The position numbers and the translations under genes were made by a program. The notes under the pieces were generated by a model, which was not told the origin of the DNA, did no database searches, and saw nothing but the letters and a program-made list of their open reading frames with translations. DNA of 64,000 nucleotides from contig OZ243927.1 in the NCBI GenBank assembly GCA_965213925.1, positions 3,008,001 through 3,072,000 of the forward strand, given 5' to 3'. This DNA comes from Trueperaceae bacterium. GTDB lineage: Bacteria; Deinococcota; Deinococci; Deinococcales; Trueperaceae. Position 1 is the stretch's first letter. Each line of letters opens with the position of its first letter. Shown one piece after another: positions 33,810 to 43,600 of this stretch.

Positions 33810-34143
33810 CCTCACTCCCTCTCAAACTTCGCTCTTCTTATTTCGCTCAGCTTCGCTTGTAGGTTTTCTCTACAGCACCCCCGAATCTGACGATATGGAC
33901 AAAAAGAATGAATAGAGGTCCCTTAGTGGGCACCACTTTTAGCTATCTGCTTGCTCACGAAGTTTCAGCGAGCATACATTTCGTTGACATCGCTTGTCAA
34001 CGCTGCCGCGACTTTTGCAGTGTTTTGTGTGGGGGGTTTTGTGTGGGGGGCGCTTTACTACGGATTGGGCTCAAAAAGAGACCGTATGAGCGCGCCTAAA
34101 AGTGGTCAGTGTGCCATCCGCAAGTTGCTTTGGCTAGCTGGAC

Positions 34144-34187
34144 AAGGTGAGGCTCGAGCGCGTACGTACGCGCTCGAGCCTCACCTT
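34144..34187. repeat. Perfect 44-bp palindrome downstream of the glycerol-binding protein gene
   Basis: AAGGTGAGGCTCGAGCGCGTAC|GTACGCGCTCGAGCCTCACCTT. Confidence 0.9.
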
Positions 34188-34205
34188 CACGAAAGGCAAA
34201 ACGCT

Positions 34206-35975
34206 TTAGTTAGAACCGCCGGTTGAGTCACTCGAGGACTCGCTACCGTCACCTGTCCACTGCTGCAAAAGCTCCTCATAGGGAACGGTCTGCGGCTCCT
34301 CGTCGGGGCGCTCGGGTTTGGGCGAGCCGGGTTGCTCCAACCAGTAGGACGCTTCGCGCGGCTCGTTGAGCTGGGGCGAGCAGGTTTCCATGTCGGCACG
34401 CTCGAGGCGAGCCATGATGCCGTCTTGCTGCTCAGCGAGCGTGTTCAAGGCTTCTTCGACGGTTGCGTCACCCGTGATCGCGTTGGCGATATTCTGCCAC
34501 CAGAGCTGCGAGAGTTTGGGGTAGTCGGGCACGTTGGGTCCCGAGTCGGTCCACTGGTTCTCAACAGGCGAGCGGTAGAACTCGATGATGCCGCCGTACT
34601 GGTCGATATTCTCAGTCAGGTAGTCGCTCTCCACCGTCGAGCGGCGCACGGGCGTCCCGCCGACCAAGAACTTCTTCAAGGAGACCGTCTTCGAGCTGGC
34701 GAACTGCGCCCAGAGCCAGGCGGCGGCGCGGCGGTCGCCTTCGACGTTCGTAAGGATAGTCCAAGAGCCCGCGTCCTGATAGCCGACCTTCATGCCCTCG
34801 TCCCAATACTTGCCGTGCGGCGTGGGGGCGACGCGCCAACGCAAGGAGCCGTCGTCATTGACAACCGGGTTGCCGGGCTCGCGGAAGATGGGGTCGGAGA
34901 GCCAAGTGATGTACTGGAAGACGCGCTGGGCGATCTGCCCCTGACCCGGAACGGGTCCCGCCTCGCTCCAGGTGATGGACGCTGCCTGAGGCGGCGCGTA
35001 AGCTTTGAGCCAGTCGATATAGGTCTGCAAGGCGTACTGCGCCGCCGGACCGTTGATCGCGCCGCCGCGCGTGACCGACGAACCCTGCGGGCGGCAGTCC
35101 TCGACGCGGATGCCCCACTCGTCCACCGGGATGCCGTTCGGCAAGCCCGTGTCGCCGACGCCTGCGATGCTCATCCAGGCGTCTGTGAAGCGCCAGCCGA
35201 GCGAGACGTCTTTTTTGCCGTAGTCCATGTGACCGTAGACCTGTGTGCCGTCAATCGTGCCGTCGCCGTTGACCTCGTTGGTGAAGAAGTTGGCGATGTC
35301 TTCGTACGCTGCCCAGTTCACGGGAACGCCCAACTCGTAGCCGTAGATATCCATGAACTGCTGCTTGATATTCTCGTCCGTGAACCAGTCGTAGCGGAAC
35401 CAGTAGAGGTTGGCGAACTGCTGGTCGGGGAGCTGAAGCTGGTTGCCCTCGTAATCCTGCCCGAACTCTAAGTTCATCCAGTCGTCTAGGTCCAACGTCG
35501 GGTTAGTGACGTCCGCGCCCTCGTTCGCCATGTAATCCGTGAGGTTCACCGCCGAGCCGTAGCGCAGATGCGTGCCGATGAGATCGGCGTCATTGACGTA
35601 GATGTCGTAGATATTCTGCCCCGAGTTGAGCTGCGTCTGGAGGCGCTCCACCACGTCGCCCTCACCGATGATGTCGTGGGTGACGTTGATACCGCAGATT
35701 TCGTTAAACGCTTGCGTCAGCGTTTCGGACTCGTAGGTGTGCGTGCGGATGTTTTCAGCGACAGAGGAAATCTCCATACCCCGGTAGGGCTCGCACGCCT
35801 GAATGAACCACTCCATCTCGGCGAGCTGCTCCTCACGCGAAATCGCCGAGGGCGTAAACTCGTCGTCGATCCAGCGCTCAGCCGCCGCCATGCGCTGCTC
35901 GGTGTCGTCTTGCGCGACGCCGGAGCTGACCATCAGCGCGGCGAGGAGACCTAAAACAATCAACTTGATCTTCAC
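34206..35975 (-). CDS. Glycerol ABC substrate-binding protein (GlpV-like)
   Basis: QLPDQQFANLYWFRYDWF, YGHMDYGKKD, GYQDAGSWT, NVPDYPKL; position in the glp cluster. Confidence 0.85.
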   Translation of the reverse strand: MKIKLIVLGLLAALMVSSGVAQDDTEQRMAAAERWIDDEFTPSAISREEQLAEMEWFIQACEPYRGMEISSVAENIRTHTYESETLTQAFNEICGINVTHDIIGEGDVVERLQTQLNSGQNIYDIYVNDADLIGTHLRYGSAVNLTDYMANEGADVTNPTLDLDDWMNLEFGQDYEGNQLQLPDQQFANLYWFRYDWFTDENIKQQFMDIYGYELGVPVNWAAYEDIANFFTNEVNGDGTIDGTQVYGHMDYGKKDVSLGWRFTDAWMSIAGVGDTGLPNGIPVDEWGIRVEDCRPQGSSVTRGGAINGPAAQYALQTYIDWLKAYAPPQAASITWSEAGPVPGQGQIAQRVFQYITWLSDPIFREPGNPVVNDDGSLRWRVAPTPHGKYWDEGMKVGYQDAGSWTILTNVEGDRRAAAWLWAQFASSKTVSLKKFLVGGTPVRRSTVESDYLTENIDQYGGIIEFYRSPVENQWTDSGPNVPDYPKLSQLWWQNIANAITGDATVEEALNTLAEQQDGIMARLERADMETCSPQLNEPREASYWLEQPGSPKPERPDEEPQTVPYEELLQQWTGDGSESSSDSTGGSN

Positions 35976-36090
35976 AAAAACCCCTTTATGAGTGTGTTGA
36001 CTAGAGCGTAGGGTTGGTGGATATAGGGCTTATCACCTCCTTTCAAGGATTTTCTTGTTACGACACGCCGCGCTTATCCGCTGCTTGCTC

Positions 36091-36198
36091 GTAGGGGCGG
36101 GTTCCAAACCCGCCCCTACACTGCGCCGCATCACCTACATGGGAAGACAGCGCTGCTTCGTAGGGGGGATTCATACAGTGATAAATATATGCCCCTAC
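36091..36198. repeat. Pair of GTAG-type REP palindromes
   Basis: GTAGGGGCGGGTT-CCA-AACCCGCCCCTAC and GTAGGGGGGATTC...GCCCCTAC (shares 13 bp with the copy at 7513). Confidence 0.7.
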
Positions 36199-36233
36199 GC
36201 CGTCCGCAGTAGTGGCAAACATTGTGAAGGAAC

Positions 36234-36530
36234 CTACCCATAACGCACCACCACAAAGATGAGCACGAACGCAATCGGCAAGGCGTACCAGAGCGTCACG
36301 CCCGGCACGAACGCCACCCACAAGAGCATCGTCCCGAAAAAGATCAGTACGCTTAAAAAGAAGCGTTCGCCGCGTGTAAAGGCGACGGGCAAGAAACCTT
36401 GCCGCTTGACGCTCGAGTTGCGGACGTCCCAGATGGTCATGCCGGTAAGGGCGAGGGCTAAGAGGATGAAAAATACGGCGGTGGGAACCGTCCACTCCAT
36501 CCAACCTAAAAAGGTGCTCGAGCCACTCAC
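36234..36530 (-). CDS. DUF2160 small membrane protein (GlpU-like)
   Basis: WMEWTVPTAVFF...R.GFLP..TRGERFF. Confidence 0.8.
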   Translation of the reverse strand: MSGSSTFLGWMEWTVPTAVFFILLALALTGMTIWDVRNSSVKRQGFLPVAFTRGERFFLSVLIFFGTMLLWVAFVPGVTLWYALPIAFVLIFVVVRYG

Positions 36531-36532
36531 AC

Positions 36533-37414
36533 TTACACCCGCCCTAACGCGAAGCCTTTAGCGAGGTAGTCGCGCACGAAGTAGATGAGAATCGCGCCGG
36601 GAATGATCATCAGAATCCCCGCCGCCGCGATCACGCCCCAGTCCCAGCCTTCCGCGCCCAACGAGCGAGAGAGCGTCACGACGATGGGCTTCGTCTCCGT
36701 GCCCGTGAGGGTCCGCGCCATGAGCAGCTCCACCCACGAAAAGAGAAAGGAGAAAAACGCTGCTACGCCGATGCCGGGACCGATGAGCGGCAGAAATATC
36801 TTGTAGAAGAACGCGGGGAACGAGTAGCCGTCGATGTAGGCGGTCTCGTCGATGGCTTTGGGTATACCCGACATAAAGCCCTCTAAAATCCAGATCGCGA
36901 GCGGCACGCTGAAAAGCGTATGGGCGAGCGCCACAGCGAGGGGCGTGTCGAAAATCCCCATGTTCGAGTAGAGCTGAAAGAAGGGCAGTAAGAAGACCGC
37001 GCCCGGAGCCATGCGGTTGGTGAGGAGCCAGAAGAAGAGGTGGTGGTCGCCGCGAAAGGTGTAGCGAGAGAAAGCGTAGGCGGCGGGCAGCGCCACCAAG
37101 AGCGTGATGACGACGTTAAGCGCTACGTAGGTCAGCGAGTTGAAAAACGCCTCACGCCAGAAGGGTTGGTTGAAGATTTCGGCGTAGTTCGAGAGCGTCG
37201 GGTTGCGCGGCAAAAAGCCTGTCGCACTGCCCGCTAGCCCCAAAATCTCCTCGTTCGTCTTGAACGACATCGAGAGCATCCAGAGAAGCGGCGCGAAGAG
37301 GAAGATGAAGTACGCCGCCATGCCGAGGGTGCGCACGCTAAAGTAGCGCCCTAGATTGAAATTGGTGCTGCCTTCTTCCGCCTTTGCCGCCCTCGGTTTG
37401 TCGGTCCTGTCCAT
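36533..37414 (-). CDS. Glycerol ABC permease
   Basis: FFWLLTNRMAP, IDETAYIDG, AKGFALGRV. Confidence 0.88.
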   Translation of the reverse strand: MDRTDKPRAAKAEEGSTNFNLGRYFSVRTLGMAAYFIFLFAPLLWMLSMSFKTNEEILGLAGSATGFLPRNPTLSNYAEIFNQPFWREAFFNSLTYVALNVVITLLVALPAAYAFSRYTFRGDHHLFFWLLTNRMAPGAVFLLPFFQLYSNMGIFDTPLAVALAHTLFSVPLAIWILEGFMSGIPKAIDETAYIDGYSFPAFFYKIFLPLIGPGIGVAAFFSFLFSWVELLMARTLTGTETKPIVVTLSRSLGAEGWDWGVIAAAGILMIIPGAILIYFVRDYLAKGFALGRV

Positions 37415-37415
37415 G

Positions 37416-38300
37416 TCAGCCCTCCTGTCCTTGCGCCTCGTTGCCCGTGCCCACGCTCGTCAGCACGAGGAAAAACACGTACGAGATGACCAAGATGATG
37501 AAGAAGTAAGTGAGAGACAAAGCTGCCGCGTAGCCGAACTCGAAGCCGCCCACCGCCTTGCGCACCAGCACGTCGCTCAAGAAGGTCGTGGTGTTGCCGG
37601 GTCCGCCGCCCGTTAAGAGCGAGACCTCGATATAGATGCGAAACGAGTCCATGAAGCGGAGCAAGATACCGATGGTCAACACGCTCCGCAGGCGCGGCAA
37701 GATGACGTAGCGAAAGGTCTTCCAGCGCGACGCGCCGTCGATTCGCGCGGCTTGGAAATAGGCGTCAGGAATCGCAGTGAGACCCGAAAAGCAGAGGAGC
37801 GCGATCAGCGGCGTCCAGTGCCACACGTCCATAAACACCACGGTCCAGTAGGCGTCGATGGAGTTTAGTGCGACGTTGTAGTCATAACCGAAGAGCCCGA
37901 AGACACCCGGCACAAAACCTAAGTCACCCCGCGTAAAGACGCGCCAGATGATGCCGACAACGTTCCAAGGAATGAGGAGGGGCAACCCGAGCGCGATGAG
38001 CGAGGCGGTCACGCCCCAACCCTTTTTGGGCATCCCGAGCGCGATGAGGATGCCTAAGGGCACTTCGATAAGGAGAATCAGCAGCGAGAAGATGACCTGG
38101 CGCTGCAACGCGCCGATAAAGAGAGGGTCATTCAGGACGGTGCGGTAGTTCTCCAAGCCTATCCAGAGCGGGTCTAAGCCTGGCAGGATATCCTGAAACG
38201 AATAGTTGATGACCGTCATAAAGGGGATAAAGGCGTTGACGGACAGAACAATCAGCGCGGGGATGAGGAAAAACCACGCTTTCTGGTTGACGGTCTTCAC
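37416..38300 (-). CDS. Glycerol ABC permease
   Basis: MDVWHWTPL, AARIDGA, LLRFMDSF. Confidence 0.88.
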   Translation of the reverse strand: MKTVNQKAWFFLIPALIVLSVNAFIPFMTVINYSFQDILPGLDPLWIGLENYRTVLNDPLFIGALQRQVIFSLLILLIEVPLGILIALGMPKKGWGVTASLIALGLPLLIPWNVVGIIWRVFTRGDLGFVPGVFGLFGYDYNVALNSIDAYWTVVFMDVWHWTPLIALLCFSGLTAIPDAYFQAARIDGASRWKTFRYVILPRLRSVLTIGILLRFMDSFRIYIEVSLLTGGGPGNTTTFLSDVLVRKAVGGFEFGYAAALSLTYFFIILVISYVFFLVLTSVGTGNEAQGQEG

Positions 38301-38347
38301 CGGGCTACCTCTTTCACAGCGATATCTCCTTCACAGCAATACCCCTC

Positions 38348-39430
38348 TCACAGCGACATCTCTACACGCTTCACAGCTTCGCCGTCTTCGTAGACCATCA
38401 CGCGGTCTTCGGGAAACCGCGCGTAGAGCGTGTCCCCCTTATTCACGCCCGCGCTTTCGTCCATCCGAGCTTTGAAGTCGAGATTCGCGCCCTCTAAATC
38501 CACGATTAGCGCACTGCCCGTCAGGTTCACAGCGTTCACCTTACATTCCATCCAGTCGGGGCGAAGCTCGAGGCTCGTCTCCACAAACTCAGGGCGAATC
38601 CCTAGCTGAAGCTCGCCGCCGCTTTGCTCATCCACGACATCTTGCAGCGGCACGACGTAGTCACCTACTTTGACCCCCTGATCCACCTTTTCCGCGTCGA
38701 AGAGGTTCATCCCTGGGCTGCCGATGAAGTAGCCCACGAAGGGCGCTTGCGGTTCGTCGTGTAGGGCTTGGGCGTCGCCGGTCTGGAGCGCCTTGCCAGC
38801 GTTCATGACCGTCACCTGGTCGGCGAAGGTCAGCGCCTCGTGCTGGTCGTGCGTGACGTAGACCATCGTGATGCCCAAGCGGTCGTGGAGTTCTTTGAGC
38901 TTGCGGCGCAGTTGCCACTTCATGTGCGGGTCGATGACGGTCAAAGGTTCGTCGAAGAGCATGGCGGTGGTGTCTTCGCGCACTAGCCCGCGCCCCATCG
39001 AGATGCGCTGCTTTTCGGCGGCACCGAGCCCTGAGGCGTTCTTTTTGAGCACGTCTTCAAGCTCCAACATCTCCGCAATCTCGTTCACTCGTTTCTTGAC
39101 CTTGTCCTCGGCGAAGTTGCGGTTGCGGAGCGGAAAGGCGAGGTTGTCGAACACGTTTAAGGTCTCGTAGACCACCGGAAACTGGAAGACCTGCGCCACG
39201 TTGCGCTGTTGCGGCGTCAGCGCGGTGACGTCCTCCCCGTCCAAAAGGACGCGCCCCTCAGTCGGCTTGAGGAGCCCCGAAATGATTTTTAAGAGCGTCG
39301 TCTTGCCGCAGCCCGACGGACCTAAGAGCGCACTCGCCACCCCGTCGCGCCACTTGATGTTGATGTCTTTCACCGCGTAGTCGCCAGGCACGTAGGCGTG
39401 CGCCACGTCCACAAGCTCAATCGTCGCCAT
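38348..39430 (-). CDS. Glycerol ABC ATPase (GlpT-like)
   Basis: GPSGCGKTT, VAQVFQFPV, FDEPLTVIDPH. Confidence 0.9.
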   Translation of the reverse strand: MATIELVDVAHAYVPGDYAVKDINIKWRDGVASALLGPSGCGKTTLLKIISGLLKPTEGRVLLDGEDVTALTPQQRNVAQVFQFPVVYETLNVFDNLAFPLRNRNFAEDKVKKRVNEIAEMLELEDVLKKNASGLGAAEKQRISMGRGLVREDTTAMLFDEPLTVIDPHMKWQLRRKLKELHDRLGITMVYVTHDQHEALTFADQVTVMNAGKALQTGDAQALHDEPQAPFVGYFIGSPGMNLFDAEKVDQGVKVGDYVVPLQDVVDEQSGGELQLGIRPEFVETSLELRPDWMECKVNAVNLTGSALIVDLEGANLDFKARMDESAGVNKGDTLYARFPEDRVMVYEDGEAVKRVEMSL

Positions 39431-40530
39431 CAGCGCACCGCCGCCGCGCTCTGCACGAGCTGCCCGTCCGCGCCGAAGAGATGGATACGCTTAGGGTCGA
39501 AGTAGACCGTCGTCTGCTCGCCCAAGCTGTGCTGGCGCAGGTCTTGCGTCAACACGGTGAGACGCAAGTCGCCGCGCGAGAGGTGCAGCGTCGTGTCCGA
39601 GCCGACGATTTCGGCGAGGTCGAGTTCGGCGGAGAGGGAGATGTCCTCCTCTAACGCCTCTTTTCGGTCAGCGCGGAGGTAGAGGTGATGGGGGCGAATG
39701 CCCAGGATATAGTCGCCACCGGACACGTCGGCGTTCATGGCGCGAAGGGGTATCTCGAGGTCCTCCGAGACCACCGCCTTACTATCTTTAACCGTGCACG
39801 GCAAGAAGTTCATCGGCGGGTCGCTGAAGTACTCGCCCGACTTGCGGTGCTCAGGTTTTTTATAAACTTCGCGCATCTCGCCGTACTGGATGATCTTCCC
39901 GTCGTGCAAAATCGCCGCGTGCGACGCCATCGTCAGCGCGTCAATCGGCTCCGGCGTCGCGTAGATAAAAATAGCATCCCGTTCTGCCGCCAAACTTTTA
40001 AGCTCTAAACGTAAATCCTCACGTAACTTATAGTCCAAGTTGCCCAGTGGTTCATCGAACAAAATCAGCCGCGCCTCTTTGACGATGGCACGCGCAATCG
40101 CCACGCGCTGCTGCTGTCCGCCGGAAAGCTCCTGCGGCAAACGGTCCAAGAGTTCCTCAATCTGAAGCTGCTCGGCGGCGCGGCGCACGCGCTTGTCGAT
40201 GTCCGACTTGTCGTACTTCTTCTTGCTCGCCCGCAAGGGTGAGGCGATATTTTCGTAGACCTTCAAGGACGGGTAGTTGATGAACTGCTGGTAGACCATC
40301 GAGACGTTGCGGTCTCTGACGTGCGTTCCCGTCACGTCCTCGCCGTCCACGAAGATGCGCCCTTTGTCCGGCTTTTCGATGCCCGCTAAGACGCGCAGCA
40401 AGGTCGTCTTGCCCGTTCCAGTTGGCGCAATGATGGACAAAAAGGTGTCGTCGGCGATCTCGAGATTCAAGCCCTTTAAGGTCTGATACCCCTCGCTTCT
40501 CTTGTGAATATCCTCGAGTCTAATCCCCAC
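39430..40530 (-). CDS. Glycerol ABC ATPase (GlpS-like)
   Basis: [34 protein letters not shown]. Confidence 0.9.
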   Translation of the reverse strand: MGIRLEDIHKRSEGYQTLKGLNLEIADDTFLSIIAPTGTGKTTLLRVLAGIEKPDKGRIFVDGEDVTGTHVRDRNVSMVYQQFINYPSLKVYENIASPLRASKKKYDKSDIDKRVRRAAEQLQIEELLDRLPQELSGGQQQRVAIARAIVKEARLILFDEPLGNLDYKLREDLRLELKSLAAERDAIFIYATPEPIDALTMASHAAILHDGKIIQYGEMREVYKKPEHRKSGEYFSDPPMNFLPCTVKDSKAVVSEDLEIPLRAMNADVSGGDYILGIRPHHLYLRADRKEALEEDISLSAELDLAEIVGSDTTLHLSRGDLRLTVLTQDLRQHSLGEQTTVYFDPKRIHLFGADGQLVQSAAAVR

Positions 40531-40753
40531 GGAGCCTCCAAAGCGGAAAAGTAGGTGCGCCCGTGCTTAGCGCCCCTAGACTGCGCGAAGCGAAGCACTC
40601 CATATAGATATAAAAACGTATTGCTTGGTGAGAGCATACCTATTCTTTGTGGAGACTGTCAACGTGCGTGTGTGGACTTTGGCGTTAGGGACACTAGATG
40701 TAGTGACGCATCAGCCGTAAGAGGTTGCTTGGCTCCGCTATACTCTGGCTATC

Positions 40754-41245
40754 ATGCTTTCATTATCTTGCCAGAAAACACTGAAGCGCAAATGTTCGAG
40801 CGGAGCTATTTTCGGCACGGCGAGCAGCCTTTTTTTCGTTTGCTTTTTCGGATGGACGAACTGGAGTGACGCTCCGAGCTACAATCCTCTTGGCTTCGTG
40901 TTAGTGGTCGTTCCTTCCGCTATTATTGCTTTTCTGCTAACTCCAGGAGGACCCGAGTATACTGAGGCATTCTCCTGGGGCGACGCCCTCTTTCTCGGCA
41001 CTTACGTCACTTCGCTGTCTTACCTTGCAGGCTTCGCAATAGTGATGCTACCTTTTACTTTACCGTCACTCAACAATACTCTGGCGTCGCCTACTAACTT
41101 CATAAGTTTCGTGGGAAACATGATTGTAGCTGTTGTATTTAGAGCGTTCTACATACTTCTGCCCGCGTTACCCTTTGGCATGTTAGGCGGTTTGCTCTAC
41201 AGGTTTTTAGCAAAACGAACGCTAAGTATGAACGAAGCGTCCTGA
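40754..41245 (+). CDS. Hypothetical membrane protein
   Basis: Four hydrophobic segments; lower GC; start uncertain. Confidence 0.55.
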   Translation: MLSLSCQKTLKRKCSSGAIFGTASSLFFVCFFGWTNWSDAPSYNPLGFVLVVVPSAIIAFLLTPGGPEYTEAFSWGDALFLGTYVTSLSYLAGFAIVMLPFTLPSLNNTLASPTNFISFVGNMIVAVVFRAFYILLPALPFGMLGGLLYRFLAKRTLSMNEAS

Positions 41246-41249
41246 CCTC

Positions 41250-41888
41250 TTACTTGCTCTTCCCCCCACCACTAAGCGCTGCCCCCACCCCGAGCAACAC
41301 GTAAATACTCCCGCTCACGTAATGCTGGATATTCAAGAACCGTCGGCTCCGCTTGAGCCAAGTGCCGAATGAACCTGCTAGGAGCGCGTAAAGGCCATCA
41401 CTCAGGAGACCGATGACGATAAATAGCGCACCGAGAACGAGAATTTGCGTCTCGATATTTCCTTTTGAGACTGCGACGAACTGCGGCAAAAAGGCAAGGA
41501 AGAAGATAGCGGATTTAGGATTAAGGACGTTGACGACAATACCTTCAACAAAAATCTTATGGAGAGGTTGCGGAGTTACGTCACCTGTCGAGGTGGCGAC
41601 AGCCTTGCTTAGTAGTTTACGCACACCTAAGTAGATGAGGTAGGCTGCGCCTAAATATTTAACAATGCTAAAGGCAACGACAGAGGACGCGAGCAGCGCG
41701 GAGATGCCTAACGCCGCCGCGAAGATATAAACAAGTGCGCCGACGGCCGCGCCTAGAACAGAGACTAAGCCCGCTATGCGCCCCTGCTCGAGGCTGCGGG
41801 CTACGACGTAGAGCACGACGGGACCGGGCGTAACGACTAGGGTAAAGGCCGCACCTACGAAGAGAAGGAGGGTGGAAAGTTCAGGCAT
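41250..41888 (-). CDS. LysE/RhtB family exporter
   Basis: TPGP, GAAYLIYLG, NPK.AIFFLAFLPQF. Confidence 0.92.
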   Translation of the reverse strand: MPELSTLLLFVGAAFTLVVTPGPVVLYVVARSLEQGRIAGLVSVLGAAVGALVYIFAAALGISALLASSVVAFSIVKYLGAAYLIYLGVRKLLSKAVATSTGDVTPQPLHKIFVEGIVVNVLNPKSAIFFLAFLPQFVAVSKGNIETQILVLGALFIVIGLLSDGLYALLAGSFGTWLKRSRRFLNIQHYVSGSIYVLLGVGAALSGGGKSK

Positions 41889-41977
41889 GGTTGGACCTCT
41901 CTAAAAGATAGTTGAAAGCAATGAGCAACGAGTCTAAAGATTTTCACTCATTGCTCATTGCTTCTCTTTTCTCATTG

Positions 41978-43063
41978 CTATACCTTTAGCCGCTCGTACT
42001 CATTTTCAGACGGCAAGCCCCACACCGCCCAGAACTCACCCGTCGCAGGCCTCATAATCGCTGCGCCGCACGACTCGACGTGGTGGGGTGGTTTCGAAGT
42101 GACGCAGATGGCGTCGGGGTCTCTTGTTGCGGCTTGCAAATCTTCTTCGGTGAGATTGCCCTTCGACAAGAGGTCATGACCTCTTGTTAGCCGCGCCTCA
42201 GAACTCGCTTGTGAGGTAGGCTCGCGGGTACGCTCGACGCTGCAAGTGGAAGAGGTCAGGCAGTGGTTCGTGTGGACGAGCGGTTCGTCGCTCAACTCGG
42301 TAATGTGCGTCTGCGTCGGCATCGCCTCGACGTTGTAGCCTTTGCCCGTTCGGTCCATCAAGAGGTAGTTGTGTGCACCTGCGAGTTTGGCATCGGTAAT
42401 ACAGGCTAGGGCGTCATCTGCGGTGGACTGCTCGAGCGCTTTGCGAATCACAAAAGGCCACGTCACGCCAACTTGCCCATCCGCGCCGCCTAAGTTGTTG
42501 ATGCCGATGGCGACGCCCTCACTGTTCATCCCGATCATGCCGACGCAACCCACGGTTGTAAAAGCTAAAAACTCGGGCTTACTTTCTGGCTTGCCGCGCA
42601 GCATGACGACGTGCGGCGTGGCGCTGTCGTGCATATCCCAAGTTTGCCCATAAAAGCCCTTCTGAGTTGCGGAAACTTCATTAGGGACTAAAAACGCGGT
42701 GCAGTTGTCCGCGCCTGCATGGGCAGGAACTTTTGAAGAATGCGTGCTGTAGACTAAGTCCACGAAGTCGGTAAAGCCACCCACGATCACGAGTTCGGCT
42801 AGGCTCAGCCCGGTTGCCTCGCCGATACCTCTTAACTCGTCCAGCGAGTGCGGCGCGTAGCGTTCGTGCTCGTCCACGCACGCCTTGGCTAGCGCCAAGA
42901 CCTCTTGCCTAGACAAATCTTGACCCGACCACTTAGGGTCGCCGCTCAATTTCACTCGCTCATGGGTAAACGCCACAATATCTTCTTTGAACGCCTGCCC
43001 GTGCTTGTAGCCCATCTCGAAAGGTGTGCCGGAAAGCTCTAGCACCCGTAGTTTCTTCGTCAT
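41978..43063 (-). CDS. C45 family autoproteolytic Ntn acyltransferase/amidase
   Basis: GTPFEMG..HG, CT nucleophile, GQTWD, GMNSEG, HTNH. Confidence 0.85.
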   Translation of the reverse strand: MTKKLRVLELSGTPFEMGYKHGQAFKEDIVAFTHERVKLSGDPKWSGQDLSRQEVLALAKACVDEHERYAPHSLDELRGIGEATGLSLAELVIVGGFTDFVDLVYSTHSSKVPAHAGADNCTAFLVPNEVSATQKGFYGQTWDMHDSATPHVVMLRGKPESKPEFLAFTTVGCVGMIGMNSEGVAIGINNLGGADGQVGVTWPFVIRKALEQSTADDALACITDAKLAGAHNYLLMDRTGKGYNVEAMPTQTHITELSDEPLVHTNHCLTSSTCSVERTREPTSQASSEARLTRGHDLLSKGNLTEEDLQAATRDPDAICVTSKPPHHVESCGAAIMRPATGEFWAVWGLPSENEYERLKV

Positions 43064-43131
43064 AGAGGTCAGTCTAGCAGATAAGGCGACGCCCCTTCGT
43101 TCGGCTTTAAGGACGTGTTAGGTTAGGACGA

Positions 43132-43599
43132 ATGGACTTCGACAAAGTAGACAGAAAGATTTTGAGCATCTTGCGCGAGAACGGGCGGGCGAGCCACGCG
43201 ATGATCGCCAAAGAGGTCGGCTTGAGCGCGCCTGCCGTAGGGGAGCGGGTGCGCAAGCTCGAGTCACACGGCGTGATCAAAGGCTATCAGGCGGTCTTGA
43301 ACCCGGACGCCCTCGGACTCGGAATTTGCGCCTTCGTCTCGATTGCGCCGCAGCCGCGCAACCCCGGCGCGAGTTTGGTCGACAACCTCATGACGCTGCC
43401 CGAAATCGAGGAGTTGCACGCTGTCGCGGGTCAGTACAGCTACGTTGCGAAGGTGCGCGTGCCGACGACGCAAGAGCTGGACGAGTTTTTAGATAGGCTC
43501 TGGATTTTGGAGGGCGTGGAGCGGGCGCAGACGACGATGGTCCTGCGCACGAGTTTAGAGCGCCCCGTCCACCTCCCTTTCGAATTTGAAGAGGTCTGA
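43132..43599 (+). CDS. Lrp/AsnC regulator
   Basis: D.KIL..L...GR...IA..VGLS..AV.ERVRKLE..GVI. Confidence 0.93.
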   Translation: MDFDKVDRKILSILRENGRASHAMIAKEVGLSAPAVGERVRKLESHGVIKGYQAVLNPDALGLGICAFVSIAPQPRNPGASLVDNLMTLPEIEELHAVAGQYSYVAKVRVPTTQELDEFLDRLWILEGVERAQTTMVLRTSLERPVHLPFEFEEV

Positions 43600-43600
43600 C

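Noticed and set aside
34332..35471. 379-aa ORF antisense to the glycerol-binding protein, and similar long overlapping ORFs (606-1349, 23135-24103, 51752-52513)
   Set aside because: Shadow ORFs caused by high-GC codon bias; no motifs
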